A DNA stretch of 64,000 nt from a virus (taxonomy: Duplodnaviria; Caudoviricetes): positions 3,696 to 67,695 of the IMG/VR virus record IMGVR_UViG_2690315807_000003. One strand, given 5' to 3'. The notes beneath the pieces are model-generated. The model did no database searches and was not told the origin of the DNA. It saw only the letters and a list, made by a program, of their open reading frames with translations. Every line of letters starts with the position of its first letter. Position 1 is the stretch's first letter. Position numbers and translations under genes: made by a program. Below, one piece after another: positions 30,014-40,399 of this stretch.

Positions 30014-31303
30014 TTACTTATCCTCCTTCAGCAGATTACTTCTGCCGGTATTTTTGAGGGCAGCTATAGCATCAGCTCTAGCCGCTTCCTTTGCCTCTGT
30101 TTGGAGTTGTTCTGGTGTCTTTTGACCAGCAGCCTGCGCGTTAGTTGGCGCTGTTCCATTGGCAGCTCCTGCAGGAAGATCAGGGTTATCACCCTCGGTA
30201 TGACGACCACCACCACCCAATGCAGCTTGAGCCTGAGCTTCGTAAGTCGCGCCGATTTTTTCAATCTCAGATACTGGCAAGTGGGACAGCATAGCTTTCA
30301 TAGTTTCCGTATTAAACGCTTCTCCCAACGCACGTACACCAGCTCCGCAAGCTTGCTCCGTAACCTTTGTCTTGTAGACTGCACCATCAGCAGCCTGAGC
30401 GCTAAGTGTAGCCAACTTTGAGGTAATGTCCGCATCATTTTCAACGCCCAGCGCAACCCGGACTTGTCCGAGCACACTATTCGCCGCAGTCAGCGCGATT
30501 GTTTGAGTTTGTGATGCTGCCAAAGCAGCCTTTTGTTCTTCTGTCAAAGTGTCATCTCCTTCGGCCTGCGTTTCGGCCACATTGTTTTTTTCTTGCTTGA
30601 TTACGAATCCATCAAGACCGGATTTTCCGCTAAAAGAATAAAAGACACGTCCGCCACTAGGAAGCGACTTCGTATCTTCAGATAAAGCTTCCCATTTCAC
30701 AATTGGTTGTTGCTCAGTGGCATTGCTCATCCCCACTACTCCAGCACCCGGATAAGCTCCGTCAAAGACGAGAGAGTTCTCCATAAGATCACCGTCATTA
30801 ATATCAACCGTACAGAGTTTTGTATCATACTCTCTGCCGCGTATGTGAGGGCAATTCCCACCGAAATATTCCTGACCACAGATGGAACACGTTTGGCTAC
30901 TTACCGTGAAACCGATTGAGGTATCAAAGATCGTTCCGGCATCAATACCTTCCGCTATCTGATCTATCTTGATGTCTCCGACCTCTTGGCCCAGCTTCAT
31001 GTAATGGTCTGCATATAATGCCAGTTCATCGCCATCCATTTGCAATCGGCTGTCAAAGGTTCTGCCGAGTGGAATTGTCATGATGCCTAAGTTGGCCCAT
31101 GAGTGATCCAAAAGCAGTGACACACCTTCTCTGGCTTGGACAGCCATCTTTCGAAGGAAGTTCGGTGTCAAGCGGTAAAATCGACGTGGGATGATTTGAT
31201 CCCCCACAAGCTTTGCAGGAAAAACATAGGCTTCTTCTTCCGTGAGCGGAACACGCGCAAGTTGATTAATTCTAGCTAATTGCTCAGTTGTTGGCTTTGC
31301 CAT
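30014..31303 (-). CDS. Prohead protease/scaffold
   Basis: LLDHSW, TSIGF, CSICG..CPH, ENSLVFDGA; Ala-rich scaffold tail. Confidence 0.75.
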   Translation of the reverse strand: MAKPTTEQLARINQLARVPLTEEEAYVFPAKLVGDQIIPRRFYRLTPNFLRKMAVQAREGVSLLLDHSWANLGIMTIPLGRTFDSRLQMDGDELALYADHYMKLGQEVGDIKIDQIAEGIDAGTIFDTSIGFTVSSQTCSICGQEYFGGNCPHIRGREYDTKLCTVDINDGDLMENSLVFDGAYPGAGVVGMSNATEQQPIVKWEALSEDTKSLPSGGRVFYSFSGKSGLDGFVIKQEKNNVAETQAEGDDTLTEEQKAALAASQTQTIALTAANSVLGQVRVALGVENDADITSKLATLSAQAADGAVYKTKVTEQACGAGVRALGEAFNTETMKAMLSHLPVSEIEKIGATYEAQAQAALGGGGRHTEGDNPDLPAGAANGTAPTNAQAAGQKTPEQLQTEAKEAARADAIAALKNTGRSNLLKEDK

Positions 31304-31347
31304 CTACTCCTTTTCACCTCCTTCATGTAATAAACGACTCTTCTTTC

Positions 31348-32796
31348 TCAATTTGCTGAATCATGATCGTTATCATCAGACCCATACTTCTTCTCAAGAC
31401 CGGCAAGCAATTCAGACGGTATATTAGGATCAAGCCCCATAATCCACCGTGCTTCTGTCGCCGCTTCTTTGGCAGTGATGTAGCGTTCTTTCTCCGCCAG
31501 CACATAGTTGTTAAGCTTCGCTCTCAGATCACGCTCTCTCTCCATTTCAGAACGTAGATCAATCGGAGCGTAGTCTGCCTCTACCAGGGTTTGAACGCCT
31601 TTCACTCTTGCAGCAATAGAAAAAGCCCGCTTCCAGAAACGTTTGGTTACGTTTCGAGCGGACTCTACGGACTTGATATATATTTGAGTATCCACGGAGC
31701 TGTATGTCTCAGTAGAACCTTGATGCCTGGACAGTAATGTAAGCAAAGTCTTCAATCCAGTTGCCATCTGAGTATCGATAATATCAATCAATTTCTTGAT
31801 GTCGATCATCGGTCCTGAATTGCCGCCCTTGAGATATTCAACTTTCACACTATCCCAATGAATCATTGCATCATCCGGGTTAAGTGAGTTAAAGTGCCCC
31901 ATGATTTCGGTCATTCGTTCTGTTAACCACTTTTGTTGACCTGTAGGATTGTTTTTGTGCTGAGGAGGCATATTTTTCAATAGAACTTCCTCAACCACAG
32001 AAATATCCAATCTAGGATACCCTTGATTGTGAACAACTGCCTTCAAATCCTGCAAAACCTGCAAATGGAAGAATACCGCTTGAAGCACCGGAAGGATTGG
32101 CGTTCGTCCGTATGGGTCGTCGATCATCGGATCGAACTCTTCATAGATGAATGTCGGCGTGTCAATCTTTTTGTACTGTCCAAACCATTCTTCACCAGAA
32201 CGAGGACGCGGATTCTTGATGTATTGCCAAGGAACAAGTCGATTCGTCCCTTCTTCTCTCCTAAACCAAATTGTTGCAGGGTCAACAGGTACGATATCAA
32301 TCACATCGTTACAGGACTCGTTCAGAACCACTTCGCCAGCACAAGCTCCACGCACCATGATCATCATCCGTTGAATCGTATCAAGCTTGTCCAACGACCT
32401 TCCATGCTGATAACCAGGTGAGGGAAGTGGAGAATCCAGTAAGTTCTTGAATGCATCTAACGATCTCTGCCCATTCTTATCGTCACTGCCACTCTGCTTC
32501 TTTGCTGTAAATGTAAGTGGCGTGTCTCCCATACGCAGAAAGTTGTAGAGCGCATGCGAAATATCGGGATGAACAGACACAAGAATTTCAAGCAATTCCT
32601 CGGCTGTATGGTTTTGGAGTTTGGTCAGATCAATATTATGAGCACTCTGGTACTTTTTCGGGAGCCAATTGAATATATCCCATCCGTTTGACGATCTTGG
32701 TGAGGTCATCCTACCAAAACCCATCATCTGACGCTTTACAGCAGTCGGAAGAACCGAATTCGCAAATGAATAAATGGCTTTATGATACCATTTCAA
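31348..32796 (-). CDS. Portal protein
   Basis: ~480 aa first head gene; DDPYGRTP motif; TTG start with RBS ggaggtg. Confidence 0.8.
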   Translation of the reverse strand: MKWYHKAIYSFANSVLPTAVKRQMMGFGRMTSPRSSNGWDIFNWLPKKYQSAHNIDLTKLQNHTAEELLEILVSVHPDISHALYNFLRMGDTPLTFTAKKQSGSDDKNGQRSLDAFKNLLDSPLPSPGYQHGRSLDKLDTIQRMMIMVRGACAGEVVLNESCNDVIDIVPVDPATIWFRREEGTNRLVPWQYIKNPRPRSGEEWFGQYKKIDTPTFIYEEFDPMIDDPYGRTPILPVLQAVFFHLQVLQDLKAVVHNQGYPRLDISVVEEVLLKNMPPQHKNNPTGQQKWLTERMTEIMGHFNSLNPDDAMIHWDSVKVEYLKGGNSGPMIDIKKLIDIIDTQMATGLKTLLTLLSRHQGSTETYSSVDTQIYIKSVESARNVTKRFWKRAFSIAARVKGVQTLVEADYAPIDLRSEMERERDLRAKLNNYVLAEKERYITAKEAATEARWIMGLDPNIPSELLAGLEKKYGSDDNDHDSAN

Positions 32797-32812
32797 TGTT
32801 TCACCTCCAGAC

Positions 32813-32916
32813 ATAAAAAAAGAAGGCAGGAAAAGTTTCCTTACCTTCTACATTTCTTCATACTTCTATGGATTAATAATATCATTCGTTTTGTACGTTT
32901 TCACTACGGATTTTAT
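32813..32916 (-). promoter_or_regulatory. Candidate late promoter plus leader terminator upstream of portal
   Basis: AAATCCGTAGTG-N17-TGATATTAT then agaagg..ccttc hairpin and T-run. Confidence 0.55.
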
Positions 32917-33044
32917 CTTTTGTTAATACCGATTTGAAATTTGTACACTTTAGTATTAATCTGATTTTTCAGAACTATTATAATAGTCATATTAGAAATT
33001 AGTTGGTGTTATATAATAAAAAACATCTACAACAGGCTTCTAAA

Positions 33045-33623
33045 CTATTGCACATTATTGAGTTTTTCTAACAGACTTTGATAAGTAGGTTTTAGATTTT
33101 CTAGTATATCACCTGTTTTAATTTCTTTCATCTTGTTCAAAAGTTCAAAATCCCCTTCAAATATTTGTTTACATATTCCTTCTGCAAGTCCTTTTGATCG
33201 GACAATTTCGCGAGTGTCTCCCATTCTATTTATCCATGATCTCAAAGTTCCCAATAGCGAATATAGTTCATGTAGAGCAATCATCTCATCGAAAGAAAGT
33301 AGTTCAAATACTTCAACAAATTTACTATAGTTGTCTGCATTTATAATAGTTAGTCCTTTTGACGATTCATTAGACCTCGATATTTGAATAGTTTGCTTTA
33401 TGCCAGTAATTATTTCATACCGCAACAACTTACAATATCGAGTTAATAATTCCTTCTGTTTCGCTTGTTCCACTAACTTTTGAAGCTTCATTTGTCTTTT
33501 TGTCTGATACGAAGCACTATATATGGAACACACTCCACCTACTAAAGCACCTATTACACCAATAACTAAACTGTTTTGAGTTATAGTATCTAACAAATTA
33601 ATCAGGCTCACCTCAGAATACAT
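33045..33623 (-). CDS. Membrane-anchored accessory protein
   Basis: N-terminal TM (IGVIGALVGG) then coiled coil; AT-rich. Confidence 0.7.
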   Translation of the reverse strand: MYSEVSLINLLDTITQNSLVIGVIGALVGGVCSIYSASYQTKRQMKLQKLVEQAKQKELLTRYCKLLRYEIITGIKQTIQISRSNESSKGLTIINADNYSKFVEVFELLSFDEMIALHELYSLLGTLRSWINRMGDTREIVRSKGLAEGICKQIFEGDFELLNKMKEIKTGDILENLKPTYQSLLEKLNNVQ

Positions 33624-33723
33624 TCAGAATGTGTTTATCCAACATAATAACATCTCTGTTAACATTAAATAAACGTGCTAGATATGATGTACACTCTTAG
33701 AAGAAAAAGCATGCTGCATGATT

Positions 33724-34122
33724 CTAATGATTCTTTGACGCATTATCGATCCACTTTTGTATGAATGCATCTGTAGATTTCCATGCTTCAACTAAACTGT
33801 CATGCGCGCTACTTAACCAAGATGTGTTTGTATCTTTATCAGTAATGACTTGTTTTAACTCAAAGATATAACTTTCATAAGCTTTAATATAACTTTCTAT
33901 TTCTCCTCGGTCTAATTCCTTCTCCCGATAAATTCTTAACAACTCTATATGGCATTGCTGAGACATGGACAAGTAACCTTGAGCAACTATATAAATCGTC
34001 GTTTCATCATGCTTCTCCAATGTACTGTAAGCCTCACATGCATCAGAATAAGAAAAATGCATGATTCGTTTGAAATGATATAGAGTGTTAATCAATTGGT
34101 TATTATCTTGAGTTGGATTCAT
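33724..34122 (-). CDS. Hypothetical accessory protein
   Basis: RBS aaggag before MNPTQD; upstream sigmaH-like promoter. Confidence 0.7.
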   Translation of the reverse strand: MNPTQDNNQLINTLYHFKRIMHFSYSDACEAYSTLEKHDETTIYIVAQGYLSMSQQCHIELLRIYREKELDRGEIESYIKAYESYIFELKQVITDKDTNTSWLSSAHDSLVEAWKSTDAFIQKWIDNASKNH

Positions 34123-34202
34123 ATATTCACTCTCCTTCGACATCATATTTCGACGTCAGAAGGGTTTTTCCCTTTAAAAGAAAAAGCACCACGACGGGTG
34201 CT

Positions 34203-34457
34203 TCACTTGAATTCAATAGCAGGTTCTATATTCAACTTATTACGCTTAATTTTGGAATGATCAACTTCCACAGCATAAACTTCTGCAGCTAGATCCTTTT
34301 CAAACGGAGTATGAACTACTAACTCAACTTGATACCATGGGGAGTCAGATGAGAGTGCAAACACTTCTCCTTCAATTGGCACTCTGCTGAAATCATGGTA
34401 ATCATTTTTCCAATCACTATCATGAGCTGTATGAGTGTGAACAAATACTTTGGACAA
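34203..34457 (-). CDS. Hypothetical accessory protein
   Basis: RBS gggagg; sigmaH-like promoter; terminator overlapping stop. Confidence 0.75.
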   Translation of the reverse strand: MSKVFVHTHTAHDSDWKNDYHDFSRVPIEGEVFALSSDSPWYQVELVVHTPFEKDLAAEVYAVEVDHSKIKRNKLNIEPAIEFK

Positions 34458-34524
34458 ATTTATCGCCTCCCTATAACATCACAATTCGACATTTAGGAAG
34501 GTTTTTCCTTTCTCACGAAATAAT

Positions 34525-34643
34525 CAGGAGGTTTGGCACAAAACTGCTTCACTGCATCCCTCCTACCCAAATACACCCCTTGCATTTTCTGGCTTCTTTC
34601 TAGGACGGATACGTTGCTTCTCCCATCTTCTGCTGCTGTTCAA
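34525..34643 (-). pseudogene. Decayed copy of small Cys-rich protein gene
   Basis: Frameshifted RIRP.KKPE/CKGCIW/VKQFC matching intact copy at 39955..40092. Confidence 0.6.
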
Positions 34644-34770
34644 TACGTTTCTTTCAATGAAAAAAGACGATCCATGAAGAAATGACTTTAATCCTGATAT
34701 ATATGATGCTGTTACATCTTAAAAGCATACGTACTTGGTTACTGTAGTAAGGGAACAGGAAGACCATTTT
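34575..34770. repeat. Diverged direct repeat of about 40025-40268
   Basis: Shared blocks aaaaag.cgatcca, gactttaat, gcatacgtact, aagaccatttt. Confidence 0.75.
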
Positions 34771-35136
34771 GCGACTCTAAAAATTCAAATTTTAACTTCC
34801 ACATGTCTTTTAAATCTAATAATCTTGGATGAACTCAATATTAACTCCTAAATACTCACTAATTTAATTGAGCAACTATCTTAACGCTAGCATTTGTCTT
34901 CTTGGTATCAGACACATCTTCTGTTCATCTACAAACAAAGCATTTGTTCTACCAAATATCGACATATGGTAATGTTTTCCTATATACTTAATGCATTCTA
35001 GCTTGAAAATCAAGAAAAAACAATTACTCTCATAGGTCTGAATATCTATAAGAAGGTGATATTCTCATTCAAGTGCGTTCCCTATACTTTTACTCGATAA
35101 TGTCAAATTATATTTTATCAATGGAGGTAATATATC

Positions 35137-37092
35137 TTGGGGGCTGACTCAAAAAATCTTCGATCCTTATTAAGAAATAATAAACACTTTAATCCTTTTA
35201 GTGATTCATTTAATTTCAAACAATCTCTTGAAGATGCAAAATTATACGAAGAGAAATCCGAATCAAGTTTAGAAGATGATAAATATGCGTTATCAATATT
35301 GGAAAATTCAAAATTTTTCAATGATTATTTTGTCGATCTGTATGCTTACATGAAAGAAATTATAAATGAGTCTAATATTAGTGTAGAAGATATCCTAAAA
35401 TACATTATTTCTATATCTAATCTTGACACTTGTAAAATTGATGAAGAATACGAAAAATACTTTAAAAATAATACTGATATACGCATCGAAGGCATTGCAT
35501 CTTTTGAGATTGAAAATTCTAACTCATTGTCTGGTCTACCCATGAATGCCTCAGCTATGTATGAAGTCCAACCCGATATCTTGAATTTACTAATTAACTA
35601 TTTACGATATTTTTCAAACGATAACAAAAGGCATAACAATTTTGATCCCTACAATTTACAAGAGATATCAGTTAAGATCTACAGGTTGGCAAATATTCTA
35701 CATTTGGTCAAAGAAGCTTATGACACAGTGCTATGGGAAAATGGAAAAATTGAAAATAAAGATGGAAAATTACATTTTAAGCACATAGATGATGATTATT
35801 CTGTTTTAAAAAGAGTAGGCATCTTGAGACTTTTCAGAAATGTATTAGCTAATAAAGCAATGTTAAATAGGAATTACGATCCAGTACTAATAAAAGAAAT
35901 TTTAAATAAAGGAAATGCCGTTTCACTGTCAGGTGTAGAGATTAATTATAGAGGCTTCGTTATATGTAAATACAAAAAAGAGAATGAAGCTAAACCTGAT
36001 CTCAATTCATATTGGTCTGCATATTCATCAATAATTGCTTTCTATCCACATTTAACCAATAAACCATTGAAAAATATATGTAACTTAACTGTCGATAATT
36101 TAACCTACCTCCATTCAGAATTAGTTTCTTTGGGAAAGGCTATTTTAAAGGAAACAAAAAATCGTGATAATAGCAAATTAAAAAACTTTAGTATACGAAT
36201 AAAGAAGAAAGACTTAATTGAATATTTTTTAAAAGTGACTAACTTTAGCAAAGAAGAAGTAATCTCTTATTTATCTCTCATAGAGAGCGAATTTTCACTA
36301 AAACAAAGAGTAAACCTTTGGGAGAAGCCATTAGTAAACATAAATAACGTATATTTCATATGTTTACCTGCGTTACTTTATCCTAATTATCTACCACTAA
36401 TAGATACTTGGTTAGAGAATGCCGGATATACTCTTAAATTTCGTGGTACTGCTCTTGAGGTACATGTGAAAGATAGTCTCCATCTGTTTTTGAAAGAGAA
36501 AGGAAGCTATCTGATACCAAATATAAATAAATTTTCAGTATCAAAGCAAAAACATGAGGAAATTGATTTAATAATATCATTTGATGATCTAATCATCATT
36601 GGAGAAATAAAAAATATCAAATACCCAATGGAAGCACGTGATTATCACAATTCTTTAAAGATATTAAAAAAAGGAGCAGAACAGCTTCAAAGGAAAAAAT
36701 GTTTCATCTTAGAAAATAGCGAAAAATTCTCAAGTATGTTAAACGGCATAGAGGGGAAGGAAATTTATAGTGTTGTAATTACTAATTACACTCACTTTAC
36801 AGGGATGTCTATTGAGGGCGTTCCAATTATGGACTTTTTAGCTTTTCAAACTTATATGAATAGTGGACAACTTATAGATATAAGGGAGTACCCAGATGGC
36901 ACAAATGAACCAATTCGTGAAACAAATCTTTGGAATAATAATAAAGAGTTCTTCGACAACATTAATAATTATCTGATTGAACCTACTGTTGTAAATATAG
37001 TTAGACAGAATGTTATTCAAAAAGAGTTCAAAATTACACCTGAAGGATTTTACCCTGAAATGTATTTACACACCGCAGATGCAACGATTTAA
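35137..37092 (+). CDS. 651 aa AT-rich protein with C-terminal NERD/PD-(D/E)xK-like nuclease motif
   Basis: RGTALE..EIDLII..IIIGEIK..QL pattern; opposite strand to phage genes; own terminator. Confidence 0.7.
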   Translation: MGADSKNLRSLLRNNKHFNPFSDSFNFKQSLEDAKLYEEKSESSLEDDKYALSILENSKFFNDYFVDLYAYMKEIINESNISVEDILKYIISISNLDTCKIDEEYEKYFKNNTDIRIEGIASFEIENSNSLSGLPMNASAMYEVQPDILNLLINYLRYFSNDNKRHNNFDPYNLQEISVKIYRLANILHLVKEAYDTVLWENGKIENKDGKLHFKHIDDDYSVLKRVGILRLFRNVLANKAMLNRNYDPVLIKEILNKGNAVSLSGVEINYRGFVICKYKKENEAKPDLNSYWSAYSSIIAFYPHLTNKPLKNICNLTVDNLTYLHSELVSLGKAILKETKNRDNSKLKNFSIRIKKKDLIEYFLKVTNFSKEEVISYLSLIESEFSLKQRVNLWEKPLVNINNVYFICLPALLYPNYLPLIDTWLENAGYTLKFRGTALEVHVKDSLHLFLKEKGSYLIPNINKFSVSKQKHEEIDLIISFDDLIIIGEIKNIKYPMEARDYHNSLKILKKGAEQLQRKKCFILENSEKFSSMLNGIEGKEIYSVVITNYTHFTGMSIEGVPIMDFLAFQTYMNSGQLIDIREYPDGTNEPIRETNLWNNNKEFFDNINNYLIEPTVVNIVRQNVIQKEFKITPEGFYPEMYLHTADATI

Positions 37093-37122
37093 ACCACCTA
37101 AATAGTAAATTCATTCATAATT

Positions 37123-37158
37123 GAAAAGGCTGGCTAAGATTATCTAGTCAGCCTTTTC
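37123..37158 (+). terminator. Intrinsic terminator
   Basis: gaaaaggctggcta..tagtcagccttttc. Confidence 0.75.
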
Positions 37159-37412
37159 ACCTTAGCACTCATTCTAATGTTATAAAGGTAAAATTGGTAC
37201 CCACTGTTTAAATGATATCCACACCTTTCCGCAAAACTGTACTTCCATAGTGGAAGAAAACTTTTCTCTAAAAAAATACTTCCACTTCGTAATTCAATCA
37301 ATTACGTAATGAGATCACACGTTCGTATACCGGAACGTTTAATAATTTTAATTTCCAGCTTTGCTTACCCTTCAGATTCTTAGTGTCGAACCTCTCCCTT
37401 ATTAGAAAATCT

Positions 37413-37605
37413 CTAATATTGTCTTTTTATTGACACGACGCCTATTGTTGGAAGCATTATATACTGAGGTGCTCCTATCATATATTCACCAAAGGTGAGA
37501 ACATATGCGTCAGCTCTGTCCGGTGATTTTAATCCGCGCTTCTTCATGTTCTTTTTACTTTCAAGTAATATCTTACCCTTGCTGGTCATTGAGTATTTTC
37601 TTGTA
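37413..37605 (-). pseudogene. Orphan 3' fragment of a terminase large subunit gene
   Basis: RKYSMTSKGKILLESKKNMKKRGLKSPDRADAYVLTFGEY nearly identical to C-terminus of TerL 43212..44666. Confidence 0.9.
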
Positions 37606-37789
37606 TCACTGATGACCGACGACCATATGCCCTGTGAGTTCATTCCAGACAATCGGCTCCACATAACCGAATTCCTCTATACTGCGGATAAGCTTCTCAT
37701 ATTCAACATCACCAGGTTGAAGGGTCAACACGGGGGTTGTAGGCTGCTGCATTAATCTGATCGATTGGCACGATTCTGATGTTTATCAT
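37606..37789 (-). pseudogene. Frameshifted, truncated ParB-N-domain phage gene
   Basis: MINIRIVPIDQINAAAYNPRVD / LQPGDVEYEKLIRSIEEFGYVEPIVWNELTGHMVVGHQ stop; one extra C; RBS ggaggt. Confidence 0.8.
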
Positions 37790-37867
37790 GATACCTCCAG
37801 TTATTTATGGCAACAAAAAAGCCATCTCCTATTAAAGAGCTGACTTATTTTTATTCATATTGTAATT

Positions 37868-38632
37868 TCACATATTATACTTTGCAAAATCCTTGATAAA
37901 TGCTCTTAGTTGCTGGTTACTAGTTGATATTGCGATACGTTCTAGTACATTTACTTCCTCAACTGAGGTATTAGCCATTACAATTCTTTTGAGATCATTA
38001 ACTTGTATCTCGCTAAAATTTGCTTTGGAAATAAATTCAATCAACAGTGTATAGGTTGAGGAATATCGTCTTAATACTTTAAATTCAGTATCGAAGGGTT
38101 TATTAGGTTCATCTTCCATAAGTGATGACAATTTTTCGATTACTTTAAATCCAGCAAAATCACTATAATTAAAATTCATTCTAAGGTTGTTTACTATACT
38201 GTTTTTAAGTTTAGTTAGATCATTGACTGTTGAAAGCGAAAGTTGATAATCCATTAATTGTTTCTGTAATTCCAATTGATCTGCTGATCTAGCAATCTCT
38301 TCTTTCTGACTCTTCATTTCCTCGACTTGCAATTTAAGGGCTGCTGCTTGCATTTTTAGAGCTTTTACTTGTAATGACATTTCATAGGTTTGCATTTTTA
38401 TAGCCTTTTTCTGCTCTTGCAGATCTTCTCTCTGTACTAATATTGTGTAGATTAACCCCACAAAAGCAAGACCTGAGAACAATGCATTAACTGCTCCAAA
38501 CATATCCCCAAAAGTCCCAGCTCCTAAGCCGGTGGGCTCTTCGTACAACCTAGGTATTAGATACCATGTCCCAAACCAAAAAAGTAACACTGTACAAACA
38601 GCCAGCCAAAATATGATTCCTATCTTTTTCAT
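37868..38632 (-). CDS. Membrane-anchored protein resembling putative phage abortive infection family
   Basis: GTFGDMFGAVNALFSGLAFVGLIYTILVQ followed by Q-rich coiled coil. Confidence 0.65.
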   Translation of the reverse strand: MKKIGIIFWLAVCTVLLFWFGTWYLIPRLYEEPTGLGAGTFGDMFGAVNALFSGLAFVGLIYTILVQREDLQEQKKAIKMQTYEMSLQVKALKMQAAALKLQVEEMKSQKEEIARSADQLELQKQLMDYQLSLSTVNDLTKLKNSIVNNLRMNFNYSDFAGFKVIEKLSSLMEDEPNKPFDTEFKVLRRYSSTYTLLIEFISKANFSEIQVNDLKRIVMANTSVEEVNVLERIAISTSNQQLRAFIKDFAKYNM

Positions 38633-38738
38633 ACGCCCACTCCTCAACAATTTCTGACAGAACAACTTCCAGTATCAGACATTAATTGACGGTGGTCAAG
38701 TTGATATATAGGGAAACAAAAAAGCACCCGAAGGTGCC

Positions 38739-38930
38739 TTATTCTTTCGTTCTTTTCGATTCTTCCTGCATTGCCCGAAATTTTGCAATATTGTCGATTT
38801 TACCTTTCAGACCAGCGATTGCTTTCTTCTCATTGTCATCAACATATTCGTCACCTGAATTTGAAAAAGCTTTATATCGCCCATCTGAAATCCTTTGCAC
38901 ATGAATAGAATAACCCTCGTAAACCTCCAT
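38739..38930 (-). CDS. Small hypothetical protein
   Basis: RBS ggaggtg; terminator at stop. Confidence 0.7.
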   Translation of the reverse strand: MEVYEGYSIHVQRISDGRYKAFSNSGDEYVDDNEKKAIAGLKGKIDNIAKFRAMQEESKRTKE

Positions 38931-39150
38931 ATAACACCTCCATCACAATCATATGATAAATCCCAATATACGACAATAATTGTGTTGAGTTGGTTTCAAC
39001 GTTTGAGTGATCATCATATGCATGCGTAGGCTCACTCTGTTGCTGTTCTCCGCTCTCCTAAACGCTCATCCCTGCAAACAGACGTTCTCATGTTATGAAG
39101 CTTAAACAGGCTCACATTATGTCACAAGAGAGCAAAAGAAAAAGCACCTG

Positions 39151-39909
39151 TTACGGTGCTAGTTTCGTGTGATCTATTTTATTTGGGTAAATCCAGTTAA
39201 TCATCTTCATATCATATTCAAATATAGTATTTTTGGCATTATTGACTATTGAATATAGGGTCTCTTTCTTACTTACATAGTCACGATGTAGTTGTAACCT
39301 TTCACCTTTAATTGTGGAATAATCAATAGTTACTGTGAATAGTTCTATTTCTACACCTTTATCTATTCCTTCAGGCACTAACGGAATAAAAATTTCAATC
39401 CCTTTTTCAAAGACCCCAATGCTTACAGACTCAGTATCTGACACTTTTATTCCGTTTTTTAAGTATGAAAAACTTAGAGAAAAACTACAGTCAAAAATCA
39501 ATTCAGCAGTACCGTAGTGAGCCATTTTCAAGTAGCCTACACTTATTTCCTTATATTCATTTGATCTGAACCTCTTCACTAGTGCATCATAGCCGTCTGT
39601 TTGTATTATTCTACTATTCTCGTGTGTTACTACCCCTTTTAACATTAGTGGTGCAGTAAAGTCCTGAACATCAATGTAAGAACGATTGCTTTCGATATCT
39701 CTAACTAATTCGCCATCTTTCTGTTCTTTCATCTGAAACAAAGCAATTAAGACAGCTCCAATCAGACCAAGGAAATTTGCCAGAAAACCCAGCCAATCAC
39801 CTGAATCTCCATTGAGCCCTGGAGCTTCCCAACTAAATAATCCGTAATTAATGAATACTGGTATTGATAAAATGAGTAGTGAAAAAGCTATTATTCTGTT
39901 TTTCTTCAA
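39151..39909 (-). CDS. Membrane-anchored accessory protein
   Basis: Two TM segments incl. GDWLGFLANFLGLIGA; likely TTG start after aaggga. Confidence 0.7.
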   Translation of the reverse strand: MKKNRIIAFSLLILSIPVFINYGLFSWEAPGLNGDSGDWLGFLANFLGLIGAVLIALFQMKEQKDGELVRDIESNRSYIDVQDFTAPLMLKGVVTHENSRIIQTDGYDALVKRFRSNEYKEISVGYLKMAHYGTAELIFDCSFSLSFSYLKNGIKVSDTESVSIGVFEKGIEIFIPLVPEGIDKGVEIELFTVTIDYSTIKGERLQLHRDYVSKKETLYSIVNNAKNTIFEYDMKMINWIYPNKIDHTKLAP

Positions 39910-39954
39910 ATTTGACCTAACTCCCTTATTGTATTTTAATATGCACAAGAGATA

Positions 39955-40092
39955 TCATACGTCCTTGGGACATTTTGGTCGCAAACAAAATTGTTTAACG
40001 CCATCCCATCTGCCCCACGGGCATCCTTTGCACTTCTCTGGCTGCTTGTTGGGGCGAATGCGTATCTTCTTCCGTCTTCTGCTAGTGATCAT
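39955..40092 (-). CDS. 45 aa basic Cys-rich protein (not in ORF track)
   Basis: MITSRRRKKIRIRPNKQPEKCKGCPWGRWDGVKQFCLRPKCPKDV; RBS ggaggt; paralog at 46207..46377. Confidence 0.7.
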   Translation of the reverse strand: MITSRRRKKIRIRPNKQPEKCKGCPWGRWDGVKQFCLRPKCPKDV

Positions 40093-40104
40093 ATAAACCT
40101 CCAA

Positions 40105-40395
40105 TAAAAAAAGCCGATCCAGTGAAGGAACGACTTTAATGTGATATGTATGATGTTGATGTTACGTCCTAAGAGCATGCGCCCGAAACGGTCGCCGCAA
40201 AAACGCTACGCTCTTTGCTTTAAATGCATACGTACTATGTAACTATAGAGGAAGAACAAGACCATTTTACTGAAGCTACCAAATGAGGGTCAAGGAACAG
40301 AAAACGGGTGAGTCCCGATGATCTGGAACAAACCCGTCATTTCCTGCTGATTGCTTGCTGTTTCGCATTTGTATCATATCGTTGATGCTAACGGA
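40105..40395 (-). ncRNA. Candidate structured noncoding RNA
   Basis: ~290 nt intergenic stretch with several GC hairpins and a terminator; 3' part duplicated near 34660-34770. Confidence 0.3.
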
Positions 40396-40399
40396 ATGA

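Noticed and set aside
8234-32421. Many plus-strand ORFs antisense to structural genes
   Set aside because: Shadow ORFs lacking RBS or recognisable motifs, unlike the nested methyltransferase ORF.
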